In this document: piece by piece, positions 37,488 through 47,779 of the stretch
Layout: each line of letters begins with the position of its first letter
Position numbering within the stretch: the stretch's first letter is position 1
The notes under the pieces: model-generated
Told to the model about the DNA's origin: nothing
Database searches by the model: none
Seen by the model: the letters and a program-made list of their open reading frames with translations, nothing else
Position numbers and translations under genes: made by a program
DNA from: Cytophagaceae bacterium
Lineage (GTDB): Bacteria; Bacteroidota; Bacteroidia; Cytophagales; Spirosomataceae
DNA: 64,000 nucleotides
Direction of reading: 5' to 3'
Assembly: GCA_031420365.1 (NCBI GenBank)
Contig: JANOMP010000343.1
Coordinates: 4,386-68,385 of the forward strand

Positions 37488-38306
37488 TTAACCCATTAAC
37501 TTAGCTTCTTCCCAAAAAACGTCCATTTCGGCCAAAGTCATTTCGGAAAGCTTTTTACTCATTTCGCTGGCTTTTGACTCTAAATATTGAAAACGGTTTA
37601 TGAATTTTTTATTGGTTCGTTCTAAGGCGGTTTCAGCATTAATATCTATGAAACGTGCGTAATTTACCAAAGAAAACATCAAATCTCCGAACTCGCCTTC
37701 CGCTTTTTCTTTGTCAATAGTTTCTTGGGTTTCAGCATTAAAATGCTCTTTAAATTCCTGCATTTCTTCCTCTACTTTTGCCCAAACTTGGGCTTTTTCT
37801 TCCCAATCGAAACCAACACCACGTGCTTTTTCTTGTATTCGCATGGCTTTCACTAGTGCAGGCAAAGATTTTGGCACGCCACCCAAAACTGACTTATTTC
37901 CTTCTTTAAGCTTAATTTGCTCCCAGTTTTTCTTTACATCTTCTTCGTTTTCTACCACGACATCACCGTAAATATGAGGATGTCTCACAATCAATTTTTC
38001 TGAGATTCCATTAAGTATTTCTTCAATATCAAAATTGTTGGTTTCTGAGCCTATTTTGGCATAAAAAACTAAATGGAGCATCAAATCCCCCAATTCTTTT
38101 TTAATTTCAGAGAAATTGTTTTCTAAAATAGCATCAGAAAGCTCATATGTTTCTTCAATAGTTAGATGTCTAAGGCTATCTAAAGTTTGCTTTTTATCCC
38201 ATGGGCATTTTTCTCTAAGCTCATCCATGATGTCTAAAAGCCTCGAAAAGGCCAGCATCTCATTAGTCCTATTTTTGGGTATTGGGTTGGGTAGTTTTAC
38301 TGACAT
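37488..38306 (-). CDS. mazG: Nucleoside triphosphate pyrophosphohydrolase MazG
   Basis: LREKCPWDKKQT, EETYE and EFGDLMFSLVN tandem MazG repeats. Start at ATG 38306. Confidence 0.9.
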   Translation of the reverse strand: MSVKLPNPIPKNRTNEMLAFSRLLDIMDELREKCPWDKKQTLDSLRHLTIEETYELSDAILENNFSEIKKELGDLMLHLVFYAKIGSETNNFDIEEILNGISEKLIVRHPHIYGDVVVENEEDVKKNWEQIKLKEGNKSVLGGVPKSLPALVKAMRIQEKARGVGFDWEEKAQVWAKVEEEMQEFKEHFNAETQETIDKEKAEGEFGDLMFSLVNYARFIDINAETALERTNKKFINRFQYLESKASEMSKKLSEMTLAEMDVFWEEAKLMG

Positions 38307-38310
38307 AATT

Positions 38311-38979
38311 TTATTTCCATCGAATAGCACATCCTATGGGCTTGGTTTGTTGATTTTTTACAGGTTTGTTTTCAAGAATGTTGGTCAAGGCATCTTCAAC
38401 ATAGTTTTTGGTAATTCCAGCAGGGTCTTGAGGGTTATCGTCAATAGCACCCGAGTATTTAATGATGTATTTGCCGTTTTCTTTTTTCACAATAAATACA
38501 TGCGGGGTTCTTGTAGCTCCAAAGTTTTTTGCAACCTGCTGTTTTTCATCAATTAAAAATGAAAATGTAAAGCCTTTTTCTTTAGAAGTAGCTTGCATGT
38601 TTTCGAGTTTTTCTTCTTCATATGCTTGAGGATCATTAGGATTGATAGCTATAACAGGATACAATTTCAAGGAATATTTCTTATCTAAAGCCAAAAGTCT
38701 ATCTTCATAACTTTTAGAAAATGGACAATAATTGCTGGCAAACACAATAATAAATCCTTTAGCAGAAGGATAGGTAGCAAGTGAATAATTTTTTCCGTTT
38801 ATACTTCGTAAAGTAAAATCATTGACTTCATCTCCAATTCCTAAAACGATACTTGAATTTTTTTCACGGAAACGGTTTTCTTTAGTTTTAAAATTTTCAA
38901 ATTTATATAATCTAAAATAAAAGGCACTAAATAGTACCAATCCAAATAATCCAAAATATTTCATAATTAAATTTGCCAT
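38311..38979 (-). CDS. Thioredoxin-fold (redoxin/AhpC-TSA-like) protein, membrane anchored
   Basis: N-terminal TM segment and an SNYCPFS active-site-like motif. Confidence 0.7.
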   Translation of the reverse strand: MANLIMKYFGLFGLVLFSAFYFRLYKFENFKTKENRFREKNSSIVLGIGDEVNDFTLRSINGKNYSLATYPSAKGFIIVFASNYCPFSKSYEDRLLALDKKYSLKLYPVIAINPNDPQAYEEEKLENMQATSKEKGFTFSFLIDEKQQVAKNFGATRTPHVFIVKKENGKYIIKYSGAIDDNPQDPAGITKNYVEDALTNILENKPVKNQQTKPIGCAIRWK

Positions 38980-39119
38980 TTAAATACAAAAAACGTTAAA
39001 ATTCACAATACTAATTTAAATACCCGCTATAAAGTTTTAAAATCTACTCAGATTTAATTTTTAATTAAAATTCTTAACTCAAATTTCTTAATTTCGAGTA
39101 AAATTAACCTTACTATCAA

Positions 39120-40628
39120 ATGAAAGCCATACTTTGTAAAGAACACGGACTTCCTAATTCACTTGTTTTAGAAGAAATTGCAGCTTTAACTCCTACAAAA
39201 AACCATGTAATTATAGCTGTAATGGCTTGCAGTGCCAATTTTCCAGATACTTTAATAATACAGAATTTGTATCAATTTAAACCCGCTTTGCCTTTTTCCC
39301 CTGGAAGCGAAGTGGCAGGAATAATTAAAGCAATAGGGGAGGATGTCAGGCATTTAAAGGTTGGCGATCGCGTTTTAGCACTTTGCGGTTGGGGCGGTTT
39401 TGCAGAGGAAGTTGAAGTAGAAGCTACTCGGGTTTTCCCTATTTCTTCTGAAATGGACTTTGTTACTGCAGCTTCAATTATGTATAATTTTGGAACTTCT
39501 TTTCATGCATTAAAAGATAGAGCAATGTTGCAAAAGGGCGAAACCCTTTTAGTTTTAGGTGCAGCAGGAGGCGTGGGATTGGCAGCTGTAGAATTAGGTA
39601 AACTAATGGGGGCCAATGTAATTGCAGCTGCATCTTCAGACGAAAAACTATCAATTTGCAAAGACAAAGGGGCAGACTTTTTAATTAATTATTCGAGAGA
39701 TGACTTAAGAGAAAAAATTAAAGAATATACTAATGGCAATGGAGTAGATGTAGTTTATGACCCGATTGGAGATAAATACGCAGAACCTTGTATTCGATCT
39801 ATGGCTTGGAAAGGCCGTTATTTAGTAGTTGGTTTTGCAGCTGGTGAGATACCAAAAATACCCTTAAATTTAGCGTTACTTAAAGGTTGTGCAATTATAG
39901 GAGTTTTCTGGGGGCAATTTGCTAGCTTAGAATCTGCTGAAAACATTAAAAATATTCTAATTCTAGCAGATTACTTTATAAAAGGGCAGCTTAAGCCCCA
40001 CATTTACAAATATTATTCTTTGGAAGAGGCTCCTCAAGCTCTAGAAGATCTAATGAATAGGAAAGTAATTGGAAAAGCAGTTGTAATTCTAAATGATGAA
40101 TTGAGAAATCCTTTGGTCAGTATTACTAAAAAACCTGAAAAACAGGTTTTGGAATTGGAAAGGACAAGTTCTGGAAAAATTTTATTTTTTGACTTCGATC
40201 AGGTAAAAGATTTTGTTGGACAATCGTTTGATTTTACTGAATGGCTTGAAGTAAATCAAGAGATGATAAATGGCTTTGCTGAGGCAACATTAGACAAACA
40301 ATGGATACATATTGATGAGGGAAAAGCAAAGTTTTCTCCTTTTGGAAAGACTATAGCCCATGGCTTTTTAACATTATCGCTTTCTCCACATTTTATGTAT
40401 GAACTTTATGAAGTAAAAAATGCTAAAATGGGGATTAATTATGGCGCAGATAAAGTTAGATTTTTGCAACCTGTTAAAGTCAATACAAAAATAAGAATGA
40501 CCGCTAAGTTGATTGAAGCCGTTGATGTCCCAAATAATGGGTTAAAAATGAAAATTGAAGGCACATATTTCGTTGAAAATAACCCCAAACCAGTCTGTGT
40601 AGCTGAACTTTTAAGCATAATTTATTGA
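39120..40628 (+). CDS. Fusion protein: NADPH:quinone oxidoreductase (MDR family) plus MaoC-like hot-dog dehydratase
   Basis: Residues 1 to about 325 are zeta-crystallin-like (GSEVAG, LGAAGGVGLAAVELGK). The C-terminal approximately 150 aa are MaoC-like (IAHGFLTLSL...GINYGADKVRFLQPV). Confidence 0.8.
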   Translation: MKAILCKEHGLPNSLVLEEIAALTPTKNHVIIAVMACSANFPDTLIIQNLYQFKPALPFSPGSEVAGIIKAIGEDVRHLKVGDRVLALCGWGGFAEEVEVEATRVFPISSEMDFVTAASIMYNFGTSFHALKDRAMLQKGETLLVLGAAGGVGLAAVELGKLMGANVIAAASSDEKLSICKDKGADFLINYSRDDLREKIKEYTNGNGVDVVYDPIGDKYAEPCIRSMAWKGRYLVVGFAAGEIPKIPLNLALLKGCAIIGVFWGQFASLESAENIKNILILADYFIKGQLKPHIYKYYSLEEAPQALEDLMNRKVIGKAVVILNDELRNPLVSITKKPEKQVLELERTSSGKILFFDFDQVKDFVGQSFDFTEWLEVNQEMINGFAEATLDKQWIHIDEGKAKFSPFGKTIAHGFLTLSLSPHFMYELYEVKNAKMGINYGADKVRFLQPVKVNTKIRMTAKLIEAVDVPNNGLKMKIEGTYFVENNPKPVCVAELLSIIY

Positions 40629-40704
40629 ATTTAAAATATATCAACAAACAGACCCTAAAATTTATTTAGATTTAAACCTATGTTTTCAAATCAATAAAAA
40701 GGTA

Positions 40705-41097
40705 TCACCCCATTGGTACAGAATGAACCGCTATTCTATTTCCTTCAGTGTCAATGAATACTCCCATGTAACCAAATTGCTCCGAAATTTGTGTTTTCGG
40801 AACACTAATTTTCCCACCAGCTTCAACAACTCTCGACAAAACCAATTCGACATCTGGATTTGCGTTTAAATAAATTAGCGGACCCTGGTTTTCTGAAGGG
40901 AAATAAAATCCTTTAGCAGTTTTTACCAATGCTCCACCTATTCCTATATTTGGTTCAGGAATTGGAAACAATCGCATTTGAAAACCAGTAAATTCCAAAG
41001 GAATCATTTTAAAATCAAAAATAGTTTCATAAAAATTTTGAGCTCTATTTATGTCTTCTGTAGGTATTTCAAACCAACTTATAGCATGATTTTTCAT
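40705..41097 (-). CDS. VOC (glyoxalase/bleomycin-resistance) family protein
   Basis: ISWFEIPTEDINRAQNFYETIF... is the typical VOC fold. Confidence 0.8.
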   Translation of the reverse strand: MKNHAISWFEIPTEDINRAQNFYETIFDFKMIPLEFTGFQMRLFPIPEPNIGIGGALVKTAKGFYFPSENQGPLIYLNANPDVELVLSRVVEAGGKISVPKTQISEQFGYMGVFIDTEGNRIAVHSVPMG

Positions 41098-41212
41098 TAA
41101 TCTAAATTAAAAATTTACTTTTTAAAAGATAGTATGAACTCTTTTGAAGTCTAATATAAAATCTAATTTAGGTTTTTTATTTCTATTTTTGTTAAAATTT
41201 ATTTATTTATTT

Positions 41213-41920
41213 ATGAAAAGTATTGACGTATGTCTTTCTCCAGATTTATTGCATCTACACAAATTAAATAACTCTATTGTGGTAGTAACTGATATATTTA
41301 GAGCAACATCTTGTATGGTTACTGCCTTTGCTTATGGCGTTAAGAGTATAATTCCTGTTGCTACAGTCGAAGAATGTAAACAATTCCAGATGCGAGGATA
41401 TATAGCTGCAGCTGAAAGAAATGCAGAAAAAGTTGAAGGTTTTGATTTGGATAACTCTCCATTCAGTTATATGGACGAAAGGCTGGTTGGCAATAAAATA
41501 GCAATGACCACAACAAATGGTACCTTGTCTATTGCTAAAGCCAAAAGCGATGCAGTAAAAGTAATAATTGGCGCATTTCTAAACCTTCAAACGGTTGTAA
41601 ATCACCTTAAAAACCAACCGTATGATTTATTAGTTTTATGTTCAGGATGGAAAGGCAGACCCAACTTAGAAGACACTCTTTTTGCAGGGGCCATGGTAGA
41701 TGCACTTAAGGAAGAATATTTTGTAGCAGAAGATTCTGCAATACTTTCAATGAGAATGTATCAACAAGCCAGCGACAATATGGGCAAATATTTAGCTAAT
41801 TCTTCGCATATAAGAAGGATGCAAAATTTAGGAATTCATAAAGACATTGCTTTTTGTTTGGAAAAAAATAAATTTGATATTTTGCCTGTTTTGCGAGGAA
41901 ACGAATTAGTACTATTTTAA
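41213..41920 (+). CDS. comB: 2-phosphosulfolactate phosphatase family protein
   Basis: VVTDIFRATS and TTNGT motifs. Start at ATG 41213. Confidence 0.75.
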   Translation: MKSIDVCLSPDLLHLHKLNNSIVVVTDIFRATSCMVTAFAYGVKSIIPVATVEECKQFQMRGYIAAAERNAEKVEGFDLDNSPFSYMDERLVGNKIAMTTTNGTLSIAKAKSDAVKVIIGAFLNLQTVVNHLKNQPYDLLVLCSGWKGRPNLEDTLFAGAMVDALKEEYFVAEDSAILSMRMYQQASDNMGKYLANSSHIRRMQNLGIHKDIAFCLEKNKFDILPVLRGNELVLF

Positions 41921-42024
41921 AAATTGCGTAATACTTAATTTGCTTGGTTCAAGAATTAAATGCAACAATTAAACTTTTTTTAAAAGGATCTTTCCAAATA
42001 GCGTACTAAAATAAACTTTAGTCT

Positions 42025-42942
42025 ATGAAAGTTCTATGCCTCATTTTTTTTAATTTGCTATTATTTATTTCTTGTGGAAAATATAAAAAAATAGCTCCTT
42101 ATGGTGAATTTAGAATAGAATCTACGCTAGAAGTTGGAAGTTTGGCGCGAACATTTACGGTAGTTTTGCTTAGCACTTATTACTCCGATCAAAATTCATT
42201 TCCAGTTCTAATTGCTATGCATGGCGGAGGCGGAAGTGCAAAGAAGATGGAAGATAGCTACGGATTAAAAGAAAAATCGGAAGAGGAAAAATATATAATT
42301 ATATATCCAGATGGCGTACAAAGCGAAGGAATCTTAAAGGTTAGAACTTGGAATGTGGGTTTTTGTTGCGAATATGCAATGGAAAAGAATATAGATGATG
42401 TAGGTTTTCTTAGTCAAATGATAGATGAAGTAAATAGGATTTACAAATCTAATTCTAAACGTGTCTATGCTACTGGCATGTCGAATGGAGGTATGATGGC
42501 GTATAGATTAGGGTGTGAAATCTCCAACAAAATAGCCGCAATTGCTCCAGTAGCCTGCACAATGGTTACTATTTCTGAATGTAAACCAAAATTCAGCATG
42601 CCTATTATTCAGTTTCATTCAATTTTGGACAAAAATGGCCCATTTAATGGAGGCATTGGAATAAGGGGCATAAATTATCCTGCAGTGGAAAAAGGCATAG
42701 CTAGTTGGGCAGCTATAAATGATTGTAAGAACATTGCTAAAGTGCTGAAGGATGACCAAAATTTTAAGTTAACTGAATGGACTTCCTGTAATTCTCAAAC
42801 CGAAATTCATTATTATTTAACAAAAGACGGAGGCCATTTCTGGCCAGGTGCCCCTATAGTTCGTGCCAGTGCAGATCAACCTTCGAAAGTATTAAATGCA
42901 AACCAATTAATTTTCGATTTTTTTCGAAAACATACGAGGTAA
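42025..42942 (+). CDS. PHB-depolymerase-family esterase (alpha/beta hydrolase)
   Basis: Lipobox, HGGGGSA and the nucleophile elbow GMSNGG. Confidence 0.65.
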   Translation: MKVLCLIFFNLLLFISCGKYKKIAPYGEFRIESTLEVGSLARTFTVVLLSTYYSDQNSFPVLIAMHGGGGSAKKMEDSYGLKEKSEEEKYIIIYPDGVQSEGILKVRTWNVGFCCEYAMEKNIDDVGFLSQMIDEVNRIYKSNSKRVYATGMSNGGMMAYRLGCEISNKIAAIAPVACTMVTISECKPKFSMPIIQFHSILDKNGPFNGGIGIRGINYPAVEKGIASWAAINDCKNIAKVLKDDQNFKLTEWTSCNSQTEIHYYLTKDGGHFWPGAPIVRASADQPSKVLNANQLIFDFFRKHTR

Positions 42943-43064
42943 TATTATTTTTGAGGATAGTTTAAAAATTGTAAAGATTAGAAAATGCCTAGACTTTGTT
43001 CTTTTAAATGAAACCTAGGGCATTAATAATGAAAAAATTATTTCTAATTTGTCTTAAAATTGAA

Positions 43065-43721
43065 TTATATAGCAATATAATAATCTTCTATTTCATGAGG
43101 AAGTACTTTTAGAACACCAGCCAATACCATTAAAACTATTGTTCGGCTAGCATCTTTTTTTTTAATATTTGCTATTTCTGAATATTCCTTGACTGTAATT
43201 TTTCCATTTTTATCTATGAATTCCATCAGTGCTTTTTCTTTTTTTCCAAAGCTAAACTTATAACCTTTATCTTTATTTTGACCTTTTAAAATTTCTCTAA
43301 CTTCCTTACTAGCTTGAATGGACTTATCTTCCACTCTTACATAAGCTTTTCTTTCTTCTGGATTTCCGCTCAAATCTACAAAATGTGGCTTAAATGGACT
43401 TGGTTTAATATCGTAAATTAAAACCCCTTTGTCTCCTTCAACATTTATTTTTTCTACAGAGTAATCTATTAAAGGATAAATATATTTTTCTATATTTTTA
43501 GTGATAATATACTCATCTTCATCAATATATTTTAAACCCTTTATTTCTTTATCATCACTTATGCCAATCATCAATTTGCCACCTTTGGAGTTCGCAAAAG
43601 CCACAACTTCTCTAATGATTTTTTCTGGATGATTGCTTTTAAGTTTAAATTCCAAAAAAGCCCCTTCCCCTCTTTTGACTATATTTTTAAGATCTTTTAG
43701 ATTTTCAGCAAGCTGGTTCAT
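43065..43721 (-). CDS. AlbA_2 (Schlafen-like) putative DNA-binding domain protein with C-terminal wHTH-like region
   Basis: GEGAFLEFKLKS...VVAFANSKGGKLMIGISDDKEIKG is the typical AlbA_2 N-terminal pattern. Confidence 0.7.
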   Translation of the reverse strand: MNQLAENLKDLKNIVKRGEGAFLEFKLKSNHPEKIIREVVAFANSKGGKLMIGISDDKEIKGLKYIDEDEYIITKNIEKYIYPLIDYSVEKINVEGDKGVLIYDIKPSPFKPHFVDLSGNPEERKAYVRVEDKSIQASKEVREILKGQNKDKGYKFSFGKKEKALMEFIDKNGKITVKEYSEIANIKKKDASRTIVLMVLAGVLKVLPHEIEDYYIAI

Positions 43722-43814
43722 AATTGGCTAAATTAAAGCATGCAAATCGTACCAAATATAAGAATTATTTGATTTCAAATATTTTTTTAAAAGATTTTTT
43801 AAAAGATAAATAGT

Positions 43815-43847
43815 TAAAAAAACAAAAAAAACATGCCCAAAGGCATG
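43815..43847 (-). terminator. Candidate intrinsic terminator after the DUF2795 gene
   Basis: CATGCC-caaa-GGCATG stem. On the minus strand it is followed by a long U-run (plus-strand A-run 43815-43831). Confidence 0.5.
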
Positions 43848-43898
43848 CTAATTGTTAAATATCAATGTTTTAGAAAACTTTATTTAAATTACATTAAA

Positions 43899-44120
43899 TT
43901 AGTATTCATCTTCATTAAAAAAGAAATCTTCTTTTGTTGGGTAATCAGGCCATATCTCTTCGATATTTTCATATGGTTGACCATCATCTTCCAACTCTGA
44001 AAGGTTCTCAATTACTTCATTTGGTGCCCCTGACCTTATCGAAAAATCTATTAATTCGTCTTTTGTTGCTGGCCAAGGGGCGTCTTCTAAATAAGATACA
44101 AGTTCTAGTGTCCAGTACAT
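43899..44120 (-). CDS. DUF2795 domain protein
   Basis: YLEDAPWPATKDELIDFSIRSGAPNEVIENL pattern. Confidence 0.75.
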   Translation of the reverse strand: MYWTLELVSYLEDAPWPATKDELIDFSIRSGAPNEVIENLSELEDDGQPYENIEEIWPDYPTKEDFFFNEDEY

Positions 44121-44286
44121 GTTTTCACCCGTTTAAATTAAAGATTCATTTGTAAATTGGCTGCAAAAGTAAAAAAACTTTTTATAAAAAACGCATTTTG
44201 CAAAAAAAAATGTTTAAAATTCAAGTGTTTTTTCGAAAAATTTAATAAAAGACTGAATTTCAGTCCTTTAAAATTTTAAAATTATT

Positions 44287-45045
44287 ATGAATGACAAAGA
44301 AAAACTATTAGAAATTTGTTGTTATTCTCTTTATTCTTGTAAAAATGCAGAGAGAGGAGGTGCGGATAGAATTGAACTTTGTGGCGGTTTTTTAGAAGGT
44401 GGCACCAGTCCTTCTATTGGTTTAGTTAAAGAAGTTTTGGAACAAATTAACATTCCAGTTTTTATTATGGTTCGGCCACGAGGTGGAGATTTTTGCTATT
44501 CAGAAGATGAAATTTTGACAATGATAGCTGATATTGAAATCATGAAAGAATATAAGCCATCAGGCTTCGTTTTTGGATTATTATCTATAGATGGAAAAAT
44601 CGATATTAAAAATACTAAAAGGTTAATAAAAGTTGCTTCTCCTTTGCCTATTACTTTTCATAGAGCTTTTGATAGATGTATTAATCCAGAAAAAGCGTTG
44701 GAAGAATTGATTTGTTTGGGTATACAAAATATATTGACTTCTGGTCAATGTAATTTTGCAATAGATGGCTTTGATAATCTATCGAAATGGGTAAAGTTGG
44801 CAAAAGGAAGAATTCAAATTATGGCTGGAAGTGGCGTAAACTCTAGGAATATTGAAAAAATAGCGGAAACTAATGTGGATGCTTTTCATTTTTCAGCAAA
44901 AAAAGCATTCGAAAGTAAAATGATTCGTACAAACAAAACAATTTATATGGGTGGAGAAGGTATTGATGAATTTCAAAATTATGAGGCTGACATCGAATTA
45001 ATACTCCAAGCAAAAGCAATTATTGAAAAACTAGAAAAAAAGTAA
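44287..45045 (+). CDS. cutC: Copper homeostasis protein CutC
   Basis: LEICCYS...AERGGADRIELC...GGTSPS and HRAFD motifs. Confidence 0.9.
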   Translation: MNDKEKLLEICCYSLYSCKNAERGGADRIELCGGFLEGGTSPSIGLVKEVLEQINIPVFIMVRPRGGDFCYSEDEILTMIADIEIMKEYKPSGFVFGLLSIDGKIDIKNTKRLIKVASPLPITFHRAFDRCINPEKALEELICLGIQNILTSGQCNFAIDGFDNLSKWVKLAKGRIQIMAGSGVNSRNIEKIAETNVDAFHFSAKKAFESKMIRTNKTIYMGGEGIDEFQNYEADIELILQAKAIIEKLEKK

Positions 45046-45739
45046 CCGAATGAGTGTTCATTCTATCAATATAGCTTAAAAAATTGGTATTACTAATGCC
45101 ATTTGCACCTGGATTTATCATGTTTTTAATTCCATGCGAAAAGTGAAGCTCCGGAGTAACTTTAAAATATTCTTTAAAAAGCTCTAAACCCATTCCGTAT
45201 TCAATACAAAAATCACTGGTTTTGGTACTGAAATTATTTATTTGAGCCACTCCCGCTTTTTTATTAACCACATTGGTTTCAAAACCATATTTTACCCCTC
45301 CAAATATAAACATTCTAGAATTGTGTCTTCTTTCGGATTTGTATTTGAGTATCATAGGTATTTCAAACCATGCTTTGTCTACCTGATTATGCTGAATACT
45401 ATCGTTTTCTAATAATTTTCTAGCATAAATGGATACTGATAAAGGTGAAATTCTAAAATCAAAATAATCATTGATATGAAAATTAACTACTCCCCCTGCT
45501 TTGATACCAGAAGAGGAGGGGGAGGTAATGGCATAAATGGTTTTGTTTATATCAGCTAAATATGCATTGTTAAATCTAAGTTTATAAGTAGTGGTAGCTA
45601 TTCCTAGGAAATATCCAAAATGTACTCTTTTGGCATCGTAATCTGGCTGATATTTTATTCTTTCTTGAGAAAAAGAACTTTCAGATAGAGACAATAAACT
45701 TAAAACGATTACAATTTTTTTCCAATGTAAACTGAGCAT
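45020..45739 (-). CDS. Outer-membrane beta-barrel protein, PorT/SprT-like
   Basis: Signal peptide, about 240 aa with an 8-strand-like pattern, directly downstream of ubiE. I recall this synteny for porT in Bacteroidota. Confidence 0.5.
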   Translation of the reverse strand: MLSLHWKKIVIVLSLLSLSESSFSQERIKYQPDYDAKRVHFGYFLGIATTTYKLRFNNAYLADINKTIYAITSPSSSGIKAGGVVNFHINDYFDFRISPLSVSIYARKLLENDSIQHNQVDKAWFEIPMILKYKSERRHNSRMFIFGGVKYGFETNVVNKKAGVAQINNFSTKTSDFCIEYGMGLELFKEYFKVTPELHFSHGIKNMINPGANGISNTNFLSYIDRMNTHSVTFFLVFQ

Positions 45740-46437
45740 ATACCAAATGTTAGGGTTTTTGTGATGATATCTTTAAAACCCGCTTGATTAAAAACCTTTA
45801 CAAATTCTTTGCCATCTGGAAACGCTTTGACAGATTCTGGCAAATAGCTGTAGGCAGAGCTGTCTTTTGACACTATTTTTCCAATAAATGGCAACAATTT
45901 AGTAGAATACAACCAATAAAACTGCTTAAATGGGCTAAGGGTAGGTTTCGAAAATTCAACTATCAAACAAGTACCACCTCGCTTAGTAACTCTATACATG
46001 TCAGTAAGTCCTATAAGTAAATTTTCGAAGTTCCTAACGCCAAATGAAACGATTACAGTGTCGAAAGTATTGTCATTGAACACAAGTTTTTCAGAATCAC
46101 CCAATTGCATTTCTATTTTATCTTGTAAGTTTAGCTTTTTCATTTTTTCTCTTCCAACATGGAGCATACCTTCAGAAATATCGACCCCAATTATTTTTTC
46201 AGGCTTTAAAATTTTGTTGGCTACTATTGCCAAATCGCCTGTGCCAGTAGCAATATCTAAGATTTGATTGTTGACTCTATCTTTAATCATATTTAAGGCT
46301 TTTCTACGCCAATAAATATCAATACCCCCGCTTAGTAAGTGATTAAGAAAATCGTATTTGCCTGAAATACTATCAAACATCTCGGCTACTTGCTTTTTCT
46401 TGCTATCTAAACTATTTTTGTAAGGAACCACACTCAT
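45709..46437 (-). CDS. ubiE: Demethylmenaquinone methyltransferase
   Basis: YDFLNHLLSGGIDIYWRR and ILDIATGTGD SAM motifs. Start at ATG 46437. Confidence 0.9.
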   Translation of the reverse strand: MSVVPYKNSLDSKKKQVAEMFDSISGKYDFLNHLLSGGIDIYWRRKALNMIKDRVNNQILDIATGTGDLAIVANKILKPEKIIGVDISEGMLHVGREKMKKLNLQDKIEMQLGDSEKLVFNDNTFDTVIVSFGVRNFENLLIGLTDMYRVTKRGGTCLIVEFSKPTLSPFKQFYWLYSTKLLPFIGKIVSKDSSAYSYLPESVKAFPDGKEFVKVFNQAGFKDIITKTLTFGICSVYIGKKL

Positions 46438-46475
46438 TTTTTTGATTGTTTTACGATATAACTTGATTTTAATTA

Positions 46476-47519
46476 TCAAAGTTTAGCTTTTAGTAATCCT
46501 TTGTTTATTGCCGATGCAATTCCTGGGCCCTCATATATGAAACCTGAATACACTTGAACCAGGCTTGCTCCTGCATTTAGCTTTTCAATAGCATCTTCAT
46601 AATTACTTATTCCGCCCACCCCAATTATTCCAAAGCATCCTTTTGATTTTTGGAACAAATAAGCAATAACTTCTGTCGATCGTGCCTTTAATGGTTTGCC
46701 CGAAAGTCCACCGGCACCTATGGCATTTATTTTTGAACTTTCTGTTTTTAGATTTTCTCTAGAAAGAGTTGTGTTAGTGGCAATAACTCCTGCTATTTTT
46801 GATTCAATTACAATTTCTACAATATCATCGAGTTGGGAATTAGTAAGATCTGGGGCTATTTTCAATAAAATGGGTTTAGTTTTTTTCTTTAAAGAATTTT
46901 CTTTTTGAAGAAGCTTCAATATCTTAGATAAGGGTTCTTTTTCTTGTAATTCTCGTAAGCCTTGTGTATTAGGTGAAGAAACATTAACCACAAAATAATC
47001 CACTAAATCAAACAAACCGTTAAAAGTTACCAAATAATCGTTAGCTGCGTTTTCATTTTCTGTGGTTTTGTTTTTCCCAATATTGCCACCTACCAGTATA
47101 TCAGAATTTCGTTGCCTTAAATTCTCGATTACTTTTTCTAATCCTTCATTATTAAAACCCATTCGGTTTATCAAAGCCGTATCTTTTTTAAGTCTAAATA
47201 ACCTAGGTTTAGGGTTTCCATCCTGAGCTTTTGGTGTTACAGTGCCTATTTCGATAAATCCAAAACCCAAATTAGACAATTCGTCAATCCATTGACCATT
47301 TTTATCGAAACCTGCGGCTAAACCAATGGGGTTTTTGAATTTTAAACCAAAAACTTCTTTTTCTAATGCTACACTTTTTACTTCAAAAGAGCTTTTAATA
47401 AGCGATGAAATTAAAGGAATTTTACATGCAATAGATAAGCAATCCATTGCAAAATAATGGATTTTCTCAGGATCAAACTTAGAAATAAAAGGGAAAATTA
47501 TTTTTTTGTAAACAGACAA
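46476..47519 (-). CDS. pyrD: Dihydroorotate dehydrogenase (quinone), class 2
   Basis: [27 protein letters not shown] and NVSSPNT motifs. TTG start as in the track. Confidence 0.9.
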   Translation of the reverse strand: MSVYKKIIFPFISKFDPEKIHYFAMDCLSIACKIPLISSLIKSSFEVKSVALEKEVFGLKFKNPIGLAAGFDKNGQWIDELSNLGFGFIEIGTVTPKAQDGNPKPRLFRLKKDTALINRMGFNNEGLEKVIENLRQRNSDILVGGNIGKNKTTENENAANDYLVTFNGLFDLVDYFVVNVSSPNTQGLRELQEKEPLSKILKLLQKENSLKKKTKPILLKIAPDLTNSQLDDIVEIVIESKIAGVIATNTTLSRENLKTESSKINAIGAGGLSGKPLKARSTEVIAYLFQKSKGCFGIIGVGGISNYEDAIEKLNAGASLVQVYSGFIYEGPGIASAINKGLLKAKL

Positions 47520-47779
47520 GATTAATTTTTTTTAATTTATACAAAATTAAGTCTAAAAGCTTGGAATGACAAATTAGCCTGATTGCCAAATAATCAATTC
47601 AATTAGATATAAATAATTCTTAGTATAGTACTATTTTTAATTTTTGTCATTCCTGATTTAAATGCGATATTTTTTCCATTTATCATTGATTACATGTCTT
47701 TAGTATAAATTTCATATCAATTGTTAAAGTTATTTGTAATTTTAATCGAGATTAATTTCTTAAAAAAACTATAAAAACT

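Noticed and set aside
47563-47653. 11-bp inverted repeat GGAATGACAAA / TTTGTCATTCC, 69 bp apart, upstream of the TetR gene
   Set aside because: My rough estimate gives several 11-bp inverted-repeat pairs within 150 bp by chance in this window, and there is no other support.
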